Shown: positions 1-13,655 of the stretch, piece after piece | How the letters are laid out: each line of letters opens with the position of its first letter | How positions within the stretch are numbered: the stretch's first letter is position 1 | Source of the DNA: Octopus vulgaris | Lineage: Eukaryota | DNA length: 64,000 nucleotides | Direction of reading: 5' to 3' | NCBI GenBank assembly: GCA_951406725.2 | Contig: OX597819.1 | Location: forward strand, 52,762,001 to 52,826,000 | The notes under the pieces: generated by a model | The model's input: the letters and a program-made list of their open reading frames with translations, nothing else | Told to the model about the DNA's origin: nothing | Database searches by the model: none | Program-made: the position numbers and the translations under genes

Positions 1-272
1 TGAGTGGATTTGGTAGATGGAAACTGAAAGAAGCCCGTCGTATATATATATATGTGTGTGTGTGTGTTTGTGTGTCTATGTTTGTCCCCCTAGCATTGCT
101 TGACAACCGATGCTGGTGTGTTTATGTCCCCGTTACTTAGCGGTTCAGCAAAAGAGACCGATAGAATAAGTACTGGGCTTACAAAAGAATAAGTCCCGGG
201 GTCGAGTTGCTCAATTAAAGGCGGTGCTCCAGCATGGCCACAGTCAAATGACTGAAACAAGTAAAAGAGTAA
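1..272 (+). mobile_element. tRNA-derived SINE family A, 3' part (cut by window edge)
   Basis: Body/tail gagtggatttggtagatggaaactgaaagaagccc-(TA/TG)n-...ctccagcatggccacagtcaaatgactgaaacaagtaaaagag is near-identical to copies at 19530, 26070 and 38570. Confidence 0.9.
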
Positions 273-699
273 AAAAAAAAGAGATCATCAGAGCCAGCAC
301 AGAAGTGGTAGCATAATCCTAGTGAGGAAGTAATTCATCCAGCAACCCAGCTGGCCGAGTAAAACTATTTTGGTTAGTTCTGAACCTTTTTACAAATGCA
401 AGTAAGTAGCCAAGAGTTTTAACCACTCAGCAACAACAGCCCTGCAGACAATTATATTTTATAATATAATATAATCTTGAAAAATAGAATATTTCACCGT
501 AATTTCAATATTTTAATATAGGAAGAATTGTTTCTGCTCGTTTTTTTTTTGTTTTTTTTTTTTAGTGTTTTTGTTTTCAGAGACTCCAGAAAACATCATG
601 GAAAAAAATTTTTTTTTAAATAAATAAGAAAAAAAAATGGATGCATTTAATTACATGAAGAGAAAAAGAGATTGTTTGTTGCTGAAGAAGCTCTATCAC

Positions 700-749
<50 letters not shown>

Positions 750-1394
750 GAATGATAATAAGAACAAAAACACAAGAGTAAAAAAAAAACAGAAAGAAGG
801 CTGGGAGAAATAAGAGATAATAAAAAAAAAAGCCAAAACAACTTCACCAAGAATATTCAAAAGGAAGGAGGAGTAGATAGGGAAGAGCAGGAGGATGGAA
901 ACCAAGGCAAGATAGAAAACCGAAAAAAAAAAAAAAATTGAAGAGATAAATCTAACAATGAGGTGAAGGAGGGCAGGAGGGAGAGGGAATGAAGAGATAG
1001 CGAAAGGAGAGAAGGGAGAAAGATATTGATTATTTAAATTTCTGAAAAGAAGACAAATAGCTTTATTTATAAACCACTTTCAAGAAAGAAACAAGAAACA
1101 TAAGTTAGAATTTCCATGTTCCTGTTTTACCTTTTTTTTTTTTTTGTTTTTAATATTTAACCAATGAAAAACAGACGATAAGTATTAGTTGGAAATTTAG
1201 TTACCACCAGTCCACCAATGGAGGGCTGTCATTTGTAGATATCAAGCTAATAGAGAGAATCCCTAAAGCACAAAACATCAGCATCACCAGTCACTGGGCA
1301 TTAGTGTCTCATGTCCAAGGATTCATAGGTCCAGTCACCCAATTTTCATGGCTTCTAAGAAACCCCAATTACAACATTTCTCCTGAACAAGAAG

Positions 1395-1556
1395 CCATTC
1401 CATCACAGCATTACTCAGTTACAGCTGAGTGGACTGCAGCAACACAAAATGAAGAGTTTTGCTCAAGACCACAATGCACTGCCGAGATCAGACATCAAAA
1501 CCATGACCTTGCAATCGTGGGTACAACACCCTAACCACTAGGCTATGTGCTTTCAC
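1395..1556 (-). mobile_element. tRNA-derived SINE family E fragment
   Basis: cagctgagtggactgcagcaac...ttgctcaagaccacaa...cctaaccactaggc is shared with 11370-11505, 11620-11915, 53620-53912 and (inverted) 54205-54340. Confidence 0.7.
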
Positions 1557-1559
1557 TGA

Positions 1560-1790
1560 AATACAATCAGTTGTTGCCATTAAAATGCTAAATGGCAACC
1601 CCAATAATGCCAATGGTATGAAAAAAGCACCCACTACACACTGTAAAGTGGCTGGCATTAAGAAGGGCATCCAGCCATAGAAATCATGCCAAAACAGACA
1701 CTGGAATATGATTCAGTCCTTGACTCATTAAATCCATGTCAAACCATCCAATCTATGCTAGCATTGGCATTAAATGATGATGATGATAAT
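1560..1790 (+). mobile_element. RTE-tailed SINE-like element family B, 3' part
   Basis: aaaagcacccactacac...aagaagggcatccagccatagaaa...atccaatctatgctagcat...taaatgatgatgat tail. Confidence 0.8.
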
Positions 1791-1944
1791 AATAAAGAAT
1801 AGCAGATCATTGCACCTATCACTAAACCAGCAATTTTCACCAACGCTCTAACAATTCTGCCAAGAATAATAACCAACTCTGTAACAAGAGTTGCAATCTT
1901 CACTACCTTGCAATAAAGGAAGCACTGATCATACAAAACAGAGG

Positions 1945-2130
1945 ATCTCTCATGTAGTCATTTGACCTTCTAGAATCAACAGTCAAATACCCCTCAAATC
2001 AACTCTACACTCTTTTATAAAGAGTGGGGGGAGGACATATGACATAGTTGTAGGTACCCCTAAAAAGCTGAGATGATCAGAGTTGCAATACCTTCATTCA
2101 GAGTTTGTTCAGTCAGAATTAATTCAGGAT
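1945..2130 (+). mobile_element. Dispersed repeat family F (SINE-like), degenerate
   Basis: gtagtcatttgaccttctagaatcaacagtcaaatacccctcaaatc resembles 25620-25760 and the inverted copies at 25345-25560 and 50310-50430. Confidence 0.55.
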
Positions 2131-2309
2131 TAAATAGTAATAGTAATAACCTGTATCATCTAACTTTAAAAAAAAAAGGTGCTAAACTTGATAACAATTG
2201 GGGGGCCACCTCCATGACAATATCACACCAAAATCTTATTTTCATGTGGAATGAGATGAAAGTAAACAAGAGTTACAAATGAAATAACAAGAACAACAAG
2301 TATATCTAC

Positions 2310-2542
2310 TTAATCCTTTAGTGTTTAATCTAGCTATATCCAGCCCAAATATTCTACCTGTTTTATGCTGAAACTGACCAAATCCCGATTCTCTCAACTA
2401 TCCACAATATAATTCTAAAAATAACTGGTCGCATTCTCAAACTCTTGAAGCTACAAGGTAATTACATGATTGATTTTTTTTTTTTAAATGTGGATAAAGA
2501 GGAATTACAATTGATAAATTAATCTGAATGCTAAAGGGTTAA
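2310..2542. mobile_element. piggyBac-like MITE family 1
   Basis: TTAA-tcctttag ... aatgctaaaggg-TTAA termini, about 230 bp; internal sequence shared with 8439, 10701, 15712 and 33548. Confidence 0.85.
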
Positions 2543-5379
2543 ACTAAATCTTTTATCTTACACTTGTTTTAATCATTAGACTAAAACCAGAGCTGAGGTA
2601 TTGCCTTGAAGGATTTTTTAAAGCCTGGTAATTATTCTATCAGTCTCATGTATCATATGTGTCCAACAGAACATAGGTCAATAAATCAAGAGACTGAATA
2701 AACACAGTATTAAGTAACCTGCTCACCGGTTATGAATTCAATATCCACTGCTGACCTTCTATTATATGTTTGGGAAAGATACACTTTCAACTTTTAGCTC
2801 ACAACTTCCAGTTTAAAATAGCTCAGACAAACAAAAACCTGAAGTCTTAGAAGGTTACCTGTGGTGAACTAACAGCCTCTCCCAGAAGCAGATTTGCTTG
2901 TCATTTGCTTAATGCTACAAAACCAGGGCCAAGAACTAGAAGGAATAAGAGCAGTTCATTACGTAATTATCTGAATTAACACAGTAACAAAAATAAAACA
3001 GGATGTGTTGGTAAGGAGAGAGAGAACAAAAGAGGGAGAGAAACTGGGAAAAAGAGAGAGAAAAGAGAAAGATGAGAAAATGTGAATGGCTTTATGTTTA
3101 TGTGTAATGCATATTTATGAAGCATATGTGTTCACAAGTAAGGATGAAAATGTGTTCAACAGACTTATGCATGCATGTGTGTGTGCATGCAAGCAAGTCG
3201 ATAGTCGCTTCATAGAATGTGTGTGTGTGTGTTTGGAAAATGAATTTGTGCATCCAGGTGAATGAGTAAAAATGCGTGCATGTGTAGACATTGTTGCAGA
3301 GATAAACAGATAATATCAATGCTAAAGATAAGCGTAAGGTCTCAGACTGATATGTTGTTTAACAAGTGGAAACAAAGAGGATAATGATCTGAAAAATCTC
3401 AACAAATATCAATAACCACCACCTTAAATACATACACACACACATTCACGTATGCATGCATGCGCGCGCACACACACATGTGCATATGTCCATGTATGCA
3501 CACTCACACATACACACTAACTGTACTGATTAAAAACATGATCATGAGAGCAATTTTCTTCTGTCGAGCAATTTGCAGCATAGAAATCTATGTTGACTGG
3601 TTAAGAAAAAGAAGACAGATTTACAAATGCTTTTGTTAAATCTCATTTCATTCAACAACAAAATTTCAATCATTTACAACAGATAATTTAATTTTTGCTT
3701 TTTCTTTCTTTTTTTATTTTTTTCCAAAGGGTTTTTGTTTTTCTTACTCTCAAAGAATATTATCTGTAAAGTTGGAAACCAGAAAATTCCTCATTGAATT
3801 TTCACACTTCTCTTTTCATTTCTAATTTGTAATAAATTGCAGACACAAAACATCAGAACACAAAAACAAAATAATCAATAATAAAAATACTAACAACAAC
3901 AATAATAAATGGATAAATAAAAAACATAAATAACTAAACTTTAAAATAAGCATTACCAAATTTGTCAGTCATTTTATTTTATTCTATTTTTTAATTTCTT
4001 TGTTAAATATAATCTGTCAAATAGTTTTGTGATAGCTATGCCTTCACTGTGTGTGTCTAAACGATAAATATTTTCAAAGTCTTCAATTTCTACTTTACTT
4101 AATTCACATGTTTTAAAAAGTCAAGATGTCACTTGGAATCCATATCGGAATTAATTAGTATTCAAGACCACAATTTGAAATAATAAGAGTAAAAAATATT
4201 TAAAAAATTTTAAATGATAAAAAAAAAAAAAAGTAGCAATGCTTCCAAAAAAATTTTTTCTCTCGCCACTTTCTCATTGTCACACTAACTCATTATCTTA
4301 GTGGAGGACTGTTGAAAGGTGTGTGTGTGAGAGAGAAAGAGAATATGCAGAAATGGGGTGGGGAGGGCGATGTGTATATGAGTATTTGCATATATAATTC
4401 TAAATAAACGTATGCATGTACCCATGCGTTCCAATACTTAACGATTGCATACATACAGATATAATACGATGCATTTATGGATCACAAGGTTTCTATCATT
4501 TTAAATACCTTCCATGAAAATATAGATAGGTAATCACCATTAACCTTCAATGACATGCACTCAGCGAACTGGAAACACATTTGGTCTTTCTTCATTAAAT
4601 AATCATGCCTTCTGCTCTCCCCACTCAACAAACACCTATTTTGCAGTTTTTACTCCGTAAATAGTGGACACCATCAACTGATGTTTTATTAGAGAACAGC
4701 AGACATCATCAACTGATGTTTCAAAAGCTATCATCCATTGACGCCTAAGTGTTTACTTCATCAAATGTGCCTTTTGTAGTGTCCATCGACAAAATTCTAC
4801 TCGCAGGACTTTTGGTCAACCCAAAGCAATAGTAGAAGACACTTGCCTAAGGGATTATGCAGTGGGAGTGGAAAACCATGTGCTGGAGGTGGAGGAGGAT
4901 GAATGTCTTGGGGTGACGACACTGTCATCACCTTTGAAGGGCTGCCATAAGCAACCAAACAAGGCAAGAGTAAAATCTGGAGAAATATTCTGGATGTCTC
5001 CTTCACATAGTAACCTCAGCTAACTCTATTCAGTTCAAAGTAAAAATGTTATGATGATTCGAAAAACAATCAACACCAGTCTATAACTGTAGACATTCAT
5101 AAAATATGTGTAAGTTACAGTTCTATGGTGCCGTTTCAACAATGCAAAAGATGAGGGCTGCACAAGATTCAGAACTTATATATCAACACATCTTTTCCAT
5201 ATCCAATAATAAGAGCTTCATTCAGGATAGAAGCTTTTGTATCATAACTTCAGAATTTGGAATAAATTTTTGGCAAGTCAACTGCAGTTAGAATCTTGTC
5301 TGACTCTGCTCACTTCAAATGATAAATTGAATAAACTGGAAACATTTTTTTAAAGGAGATAGTGAGAAGATGAGATGTA

Positions 5380-5560
5380 GTTTCTCTTTGACTTTGGCAG
5401 GCCCTACTAGACGTTGCTAGGTGTTACTGATGTAGTTGAAACTCAGCTAATACATCTACTGTGTTTGGAAGGAAAACAAGGAAAGGGGGATTTCAGAAGG
5501 CTGCAGGTCTTGGAAGGAAGGATTGGAAAGAAAAATATTTTTGTGCGGGAGGGGGCAGTA
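5380..5560 (-). mobile_element. Possible decayed CR1/Jockey-type LINE 3' end
   Basis: Minus strand reads roughly SFLPxxxxL..P, resembling the SFFPRTxxLWNxLP C-terminal motif; heavily degenerate. Confidence 0.25.
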
Positions 5561-7744
5561 AAATACTGTAGGGGTGACAAGAGGGGAAAAGATGACTAGA
5601 ACAAGTTGAGTTGGTTAGAAGAGGGAAAACAGAGGGGGAAAAAAGGGAATCTGTATGCTTATGATTATATTATGTTTGTACAATTGAATTTTTGATAATT
5701 AGTCAAATGTCCCTTCTTTTAGACTTGGTGTATGTAGAAACAACACCATTCCACAGATGTGAACAGCACTTCTCCGTGGGTTTATCTTCAGTTATCATCA
5801 GTTAGCAAGTGAATTATTATCTAGATCTGTATAAATACCAAGTTAAATTAGTGGCTATAAACAGAACTATGAGGCTAAGAATTTATGAGTACAACCTCTC
5901 TATCTCTCCTGATCTCTCTATCTCACACACGCACCATACAAACAAACACAAGGGAAAGATAATCTGATTAGTATAAAGATATAAATGGAATGAATAATAA
6001 GAGCTGGGTAAAGAAATCTCTATGATTTGCAAGTAGATGGTAGCAGCTAGTATAGAGAGTTTAATGCACAAGACAACAAAGAAAGTAATTCAATTATGTG
6101 AAAGAATGTAAGAATGAAAACAGTTCAGAGTGATGTGGAGGGATGGTTGCAAACTGTGTTTCTCAATGTTAGAATGGATGAGAGTTTGATGGTACCATGA
6201 AAACAAAGATCTAATCAGCATCTGTAGCTGAAGCGGCAGAACGCATATAACTACAAAATAAAATATAATCTACAAGCTAAGTTGATCAGTAAAGTAAGCT
6301 GTCACATTATCATCGCTGATACCACCAAGTGCTTTATGCCAGGATTCCACACTAGCTTTTCAAATGTTAAAGTGATGCCACCCTCAATGTTGGCATCTTT
6401 TCAATGTCAAAACAATATTGCATCAGTAATTATATGATCTTTACCCTTCCACCTACTCAAAACCATTTTTCTCAGCGACAAAACAAGAAGACAAAAATAA
6501 CAGCAAGTATTTACATTTCTGTGAAAAAAATTTTCAAAGAAACATGGGTCAAAGAGACTAACCCAGTAACCTCTCTGCACATAGTTCTAGTCTTGTTTCT
6601 GCCAACCATCTGTGAAATGTTATCATAACCATATTTGCTCTACTTAGAATCATTAATCATAAAAAGTACTAATTTGTGTAATAGTCATCCTTTCTCTGCA
6701 TCTCAGCTCTTTCCATTACACATTTTCCATATTGTTAATAGAACTTCATAATTTCTATTTTTACATTAATTAATATGGTGAATTAAAAAAAAAAGAAAAT
6801 TTAATTTGGAGATTCTCTGTATTTGAACATGACTGCATTATGAGAAATATCACAGAGATAAAAACATTAAACAAAAAAGAACCTACAAATATTTAAATAA
6901 AAAAACCCATAATACAATAAAGAAACCGATTGGTGAAGCCGTGCAAGTGAGACAAGACTGACAACCCTTCTTTTTACAAAACTTGCTTTCAATGAAATCC
7001 AGGGTTTAATAGAAATAAATCTTTCAAAAAATATTGAGAGAGTGTGTGTGTGTGTGTGTGTATGAGTGAGAGAAAGAGATACGAGTAGCACATTTACACA
7101 AAGAAGAGTTACAAAAATAATTACATTCAAACATATTCGGTTTACAGGTTAATATGAAGTTCCAGTCAGAATAAAATATGACAGCCATAGCTAGCAATGT
7201 GATTAGAGTGAGACTTTTACAAATGTAATGTTTGTGGGTTCACATTCAATCTTCAGCATTGTGTTGAGACATTTACCTCTCAAAGCCTTAGTTGACTTGT
7301 CACTAAATAAGCATGATGGAAATATACAGTTCCTTACTATAAATGACAACAACTACTGTATAACTGATGTTTTGATAACTTACAATACTGAAGTTCAATC
7401 CTCTCTTGGGATGCACTGATGTCAAAAAGATGTCTTTGAAACACTTAACACCCTGGAAGCTATGGTAACTGTCAGTGTAACTTTACCTAACTGCACAAAA
7501 TTCACACTACAACTCCTTTAAAATCTTAAACATATTCCACATGAGATGCATGTTGGTGAAATTCACAAGAAATGAATAGTCTTACTTTATAATAAATTCC
7601 ACAAGGATTCACCATTTTGTCCCCTTCAGAAATTGAGTTTTCAATATGATGCTTCCTCTTTCTCTCTCTCTCTCTATCTCTCTCTCTCCCTCATGCATGC
7701 ATGAATGAATGTGCACACACAGAGCAAATTACTACATATATATT

Positions 7745-8130
7745 TTATCTTTTTCTTGATTCAGTCATTAGATTACGGTTATGCTGAGGCTGCACATTGA
7801 AGAATTTTAGTCAATCGAATCAATACCAGAACTTAATTCCGTTTTATTTTTTTTAAGCCTGGTATTTATGCTATTCATTCCTTTTGCCAAACAGCTAGGT
7901 TATGGGGGACATAAACACACCAACACTGGTTGCCAAGTAGTGGTGAGGGACAAATACAAAGCCCCCCCCCACACACACACACACACGACAGGCTTCTTTC
8001 AGTTTCCATCCATCAAATCCACTCACAAGGCTTCGGTTGACCCATGGCTATAGTGGAAGACATATGTCCAAGGTGCCACATAGTGAGACTGAATCTGTGA
8101 CCATGAGGTTGGGAAGCAGACATCTTACCA
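7745..8130 (-). mobile_element. SINE family A (diverged, near full length)
   Basis: Reverse-complement tail, internal (CA)n, ggcttctttcagtttccatccatcaaatccactcacaagg, head ...gactgaatctgtgaccatg. Confidence 0.85.
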
Positions 8131-8159
8131 ACATGTTTACACACAAAAATTGAGTCACT

Positions 8160-8420
8160 GTCATCATCAACATCATCATTTTAAGATCTAGTTTCCCATG
8201 CTTGCAAGAGTTAGATGGAATTCATTAAGGCAGATTTTCTACAGTTGGATGCTCTTCCTGTCACCAACTGTCACCTGACTTCTAGCAAAGAAATATATAT
8301 ATATCCCCATGACTTGACATGTTTTCATGGAAGCCTGGAAGTAAATGACATCACTTGCATGATGTTGAAACTCATTTACAACTCTCACAAGGTGCCAAGA
8401 CAAGGAGATACAAACACATA
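8160..8420 (-). mobile_element. RTE-tailed SINE family B variant
   Basis: catcatcattttaag...cccatgcttgcaag...aggcagattttctacagttggatgctcttcctgtcaccaac; the same variant occurs at 18880, 21200, 57930 and 60595. Confidence 0.8.
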
Positions 8421-8438
8421 TACATATGAAGGATTTCT

Positions 8439-8669
8439 TTAACCCTTTAGTATTCAGATTACTCTGTCAAATGTAATGTTTCTTTATTCACATCATTTTT
8501 TAACTAATCCTGCATTATCCTATAGCTTCACGATTTCAGTGATATGATAATATATATTTTTGGAATAACACAGGGGAGTGGGTGCCAGAGGCCAGTTATA
8601 ATCAGTTTGAACATAAAATAAGTAGTATATTTGGGCTAGATTTGGCTGGTTGAAATGCTAAAAGATCAA
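8439..8669. mobile_element. piggyBac-like MITE family 1
   Basis: TTAAccctttagtattcagattactctgtcaaatgtaatg ... aaatgctaaaagatcaa (degraded right TIR). Confidence 0.85.
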
Positions 8670-8694
8670 CTTTTAGTCTACCAAATGTTACAAC

Positions 8695-9093
8695 AGTCTG
8701 TTTTGTCTGCTTTTCCATGCTAGCACGGTTTGGACAAGAATTGATACTAAGGTAGAATATCTGGTGGCAGTCCACAACTACAGATCTCCAATATCTTAAA
8801 TAATTGACTGTGGCCACTTTTATGTTGTCTAACCATTTCTCATTTAGCTCTACTACACTGATACTAATCACCAGCCTAAAAAATGAAGTCATTCCACATG
8901 GAAATATCTCCAAACTGATATAGTTTCACTGTTTCATTGCAGCAAAATTATGCCTTATAAAGATAACATTTTCCTGTCATCTCTTAAAATGTCCACCACA
9001 TTCACTGCTCAAAACATCCACAGGACTTAAAGCAACCTGTGCCAGCACCACATTTTGAAGACGATGACACTTTCATTAAAAATTGATTACTCA

Positions 9094-9157
<64 letters not shown>

Positions 9158-10000
9158 TAAAGTGTGTGTAAGTACCATGAAAAGAAGTGAGTTCTGGTGT
9201 CTCAGGCAGGGCCCTTCTTAGAAAATGATGCCAAATGAACATTCACTTGTTTTTCATGCAATAAGTACGTCCTTAAATTTCTAAACGACAAAAAAAAAAA
9301 AAAAAAAACAATGAACATCACACACACATAGTTCTTAGAATTCTCACCTGAAGATCAGTGGCATAAACTCTGTTTAAGTTTTGATAAATAAAAAAAATTT
9401 TTAAGCCATATCGTCTACATGTGTTGAGCACTCCTCTCTCATTCATCTAACATAAACCAACATAAGTAAATACATGTGTGTGTATTTACATATTTTAGTG
9501 TTAGTCTAAATTGGCAAAAACTATACAGAGAAATTCATGTGTTTGGATACGGCTATGTGCCATGGGAGCAAGGACAATCTGACATATCTGGGATGATCCT
9601 TCATTTGAGAGAAAAGAAATTTTCCAGAGCAGAAGTCATTTAAGACAGAATGATGTGAGCCAATGTCACATATCTTTTTAACTTCAATTCTGTATTCAGA
9701 GACACTGTTGACCTTGGATCTTGGGGATAAAAACCTATCAACTTTCATTTATCAATCATACTGAAAGGACAAAGTAAAAAATATAAAACAAGAATGTATA
9801 ATCATCCATTATTCTCGTTTACATAGCTTTGATTTTGTATCAAGTCACGAAGAGATTCTTGTTTTATTTTGGTTTCCAACTTCATTCGTATCAAGTTGTC
9901 TTTCCTTCTGTGACCAGCATCATATCATTGGCATCCTAGAGTCTGTTAAACCACCAATCTTGGGAACCAGCTTTATTTTTTGTAAACTGAACTTTGTACA
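8695..10000 (-). mobile_element. Ancient fragmented RTE-clade LINE (RT and C-terminus remnants)
   Basis: Minus-strand segments appear in the expected order: KIGG..DANDMMLVTE (decayed YADD, ~9915-9960), KVDRFLSPRSKVNS..EVKK (~9670-9745), KWLDNIK...WR (~8790-8845), then the 3' UTR ccaaaccgtgctagcatggaaaagcagac. Confidence 0.6.
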
Positions 10001-10269
10001 GAAATATATACTAAGCAGCTTAAACAGGTCATCGCTGCCATCATCTTTGTCATCATCACTTTCATATCCAATCTTCCACGATGTGTGGGTCAGGCAAAAA
10101 ATTTGTTAAGACAAAATTTTCTATAGTTCGTTGCCTTTCCTGTTACCAACAATAACCCTTCCAGTCTAACAAACGATGAACAACCCAGACATGTTTCTGC
10201 AGAGAATCACCAACAACCGACACCATGTATATGAATAGTGAAAAGAAGGAGATTATGGGCACCACCACT

Positions 10270-10450
10270 GCCACCATCATTATCATTATCAACGTCATCA
10301 CCCTTTAACATCTGCTTTCTATGCTGGCATGGATTATATGATTTAACAGGAAGCAATGAGCCAGAGAACTGTACCAAGTTTTAATGCCTGCTCTGGCATG
10401 GTTTCTACAACTGGATGCCCTTCCCAATACCAACCATTTACAATGAGTGA
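10270..10450 (-). mobile_element. SINE family B fragment
   Basis: tttaacatctgctttctatgctggcatgg...tttctacaactggatgcccttcccaataccaacc. Confidence 0.75.
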
Positions 10451-10700
10451 GTGTGTGTATATTTGTATGTATTTATAAACACACACACATGATGGGATTC
10501 TTCCAATTACCATCTACAAAATTCCACTGGCATGGTATTGGTCAACCTACAGATACTGTAAAGGATGTCAACAGGGGTGAACCCAAATCACATATTTCTG
10601 AAGGAAAGTTCTTAACTCATGCAGCCACGCATGTGCTTGTTCGTGTGCAAAATACAATCATTAACACGGGACTATATCCATTAAAAATTTCACCTTTCTT

Positions 10701-10926
10701 TTAACTCTTTAGCATTTAAACCAAGATATCCAGCTCAAATATTCTACCTCTTTTATGTTCATACTACCCATATCTGGCTTCTCAGACATATCCTACAATG
10801 TCATTCTAAAAATAAACAATCCACGATGGAAGTACCACAGCTGTGAGATAATGCATGATTAATTCAAAACAATGAGAATAAACAAGCATTACATTTGACA
10901 GAGTAATCTGAATACTAAAGGGTTAC
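10701..10926. mobile_element. piggyBac-like MITE family 1
   Basis: TTAActctttagcattt ... aatctgaatactaaagggTTAc. Confidence 0.85.
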
Positions 10927-11619
10927 GATATATGAAAAAAAAATACTCATTTTCCTTCAACTCTTAAGAAAAATAAAAATGGCTTTCAATAAAAATGTTC
11001 TTACCTAATTTTGGAACAATAATTCTTAGATGGGTATTCAATAAAACGACAAATCTAATGTTTCAGACAGGAAATTTTATATCTGCATTATCCTATTTCA
11101 TATATGTATTTTTCCAACATTACACTATATTGCTGCCAATAAAAAAACTTAATCTTCCTAAACAAATGCTCTCACATGGTTGTTCACTAGAAATACCAGT
11201 CAAAGAACCGACACTGTATTATCATACCATGAGCAAATATGCCTTGGTAATATGGATGTTTTGATGTTCATATAATCACATGCAGACATAGACATCATCT
11301 AGGCTACCTTATTCTTGACTCAATAGAACATAGAGGGAGAGCAGGCTGTACCAACACTCAGCTCGTGATTATTGTAGCTGAGCAGAATGGAGCAGGATGA
11401 AACTAAATGCCTGCACAAGAACACAATGCACAGCATAATCCAGGAATTGAACCTGTAGTCTTATAGTCATGAACTGGACATTTTAACCACTATGATATGT
11501 ACCTTTGAAATTACTATTTATATGTAGAAATATTTAAATATGCTCACTCACACACCCACACACAAATCCTCTGTCAGTTTTGATAATGTGTGCACCAGAT
11601 GTTCACTCCTGATATGTCA

Positions 11620-11915
11620 TCAGTTATGGTGACAAGTGTTCTGGTTGATTCAATTAACAGAACAGCCTGCTCGTGAAACAAATATACAAGTAGCCAAGCA
11701 CTCCACAGGCATGTTCACCTTCAATATAGCTCTCAAGGAGATTCAGCATGTCACAGCAAATATGATAAGGCTGGCCCATTGAATTACAGGTGCAACTCCT
11801 TTTTGCCAGCAGAGTGAACTGAAGCAACGTGAAAATAAACAGACACAACTTATAGTCAGGAATCAAACTCACTACCTTATGGTTATGAGACAAATATCCT
11901 AGCCACATGCCTCCA
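11620..11915 (-). mobile_element. SINE family E
   Basis: aacagcctgctcgtgaaa...gagattcagcatg...ggctggcccattgaattacagg...gtgaactgaagcaacgtgaaa; aligns with 53620-53912. Confidence 0.8.
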
Positions 11916-12436
11916 CACAATCAGCTGAGCAATGTACTCAGTGAATTATAGTGTAAACCGCTGGGTATTCCACAAATATTTGTATTCTGAATGTAATTTT
12001 CAGGCAGCATCAGCATAACACAATGTGACAAGGCTGGCACTTTGTGCTACAAGTATAGTTGCTCTCTGATGCTTCCATACAGTTTCCATCTATCACAAGC
12101 TTGAGGACAACCAGGTATTGTGGTAAAAGTCATTTGCCCAACCAGGGACTTCTTGATTACAAAGCCACCATGTTAACCACACAACCATGTCTAGATACAT
12201 ACAAAAGTATGCATGGAGAACATATATGCCAAATCCTATATTATATATATATATATATATATATACATACATACAAACACACACATTCCAATTACATGTG
12301 TGTACAAGCGTGCACATGTGTGTTCGTGTACATATGTGTGTGTGAGAATGCAGATGTGGTTATAGAGAGGAGCCCTGTTTCCAAGTATATGCACATGTAT
12401 GTATATATATATATCATACACACACATACATGTGCA

Positions 12437-12490
<54 letters not shown>

Positions 12491-13004
12491 TTCTCAATAT
12501 ATAATTGAATAAGAGCAACACATTTGCAGCTTCAAGAACCATAATTGCAAAATTCTAGAAAGTTCAAAAGGTATGTGCTAGATGCCTCTGGATACATACA
12601 TTTTATACATTAAAGCTTTATTGATCAGACAAAATCTGCTTCAAAACAAAAACAAGAACAATAGCAGGGAAACAACAGCCTCAATAATACACAAGATACA
12701 TTTACAAAAATGAAAGGAAAGGAAAGAAGAAAGTGAGTTTACAACTACAGGCAAAACTGCTTTCATATATATATATATATATATATAGCAAGAGTTTGCT
12801 ATTGACAATTAAAAAAGAAAAATAAGCACTGTACCTCATTCTTAGAAAACTCCTTACAGTAGAGTAGAATTGTTTACACTTACCTACAAAATATAAAATA
12901 ATAAACACTGATTTAAAAAACAGTCATTTCACAGGCAACAATTTATATGGTTATATTTGCTTATGTATATTTAGATGTGTGTGTACATGTTACTTCAATT
13001 GGAT

Positions 13005-13037
<33 letters not shown>

Positions 13038-13177
13038 AGTAGGTAGGTGTATGCATATACATGTTTACACTAGTTCACAATTACTGAGCAAAGAAAGATC
13101 TAATATTGAAACTCATATGAAGTCATGCTGAAATAAATAACTTGATTAGAAGAAGAAAGAACAATATATATATATAT

Positions 13178-13364
13178 ATCATCATCGTCGTTTAACGTCC
13201 GTTCTCCATGCTAGCATGGGTTGGACGGTTCGACCGGGGTTCTGGGAAGCCAGAAGGCTGCACCAGGCTCCAGTCTAATCTGGCAATGTTTCTACAGCTG
13301 GATGCCCTTCCTAACGCCAACCACTCCGTGAGTGTAGTGGGTGCTTTTTACGTGCCACCTGCAC

Positions 13365-13365
<1 letters not shown>
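13178..13365 (-). mobile_element. SINE family B, young 3' fragment
   Basis: catcatcgtcgtttaacgtccgttctccatgctagcatgggttggacgg...ctggatgcccttcctaacgccaacc; CpGs retained. Confidence 0.9.
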
Positions 13366-13409
<44 letters not shown>

Positions 13410-13504
13410 TATACATACACACATATAAATAGAGGGGGAGAGAGAGATTGTGTTGACTGTTTAGGGGGAAAAAAGCATGCTCAGTACTATAGTAGAGATT
13501 AATA

Positions 13505-13655
13505 ATATATTTTATTTTGGTCGAGTTGGTCTCTTGCAACACTGAGTTTCACCTGTAGGCAAGGTATGGCAACCATAGCTTGCCTGAAAATCCTGTGCAC
13601 CCATGGATGAAACTCAGAGTAGCAAAAGACCCAACTCAACCAAAATAAGATATAT
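13505..13655. mobile_element. Foldback/palindromic element (probable MITE)
   Basis: About 50-bp imperfect terminal inverted repeats plus an internal hairpin at 13557-13585; TA-rich flanks. Confidence 0.65.
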
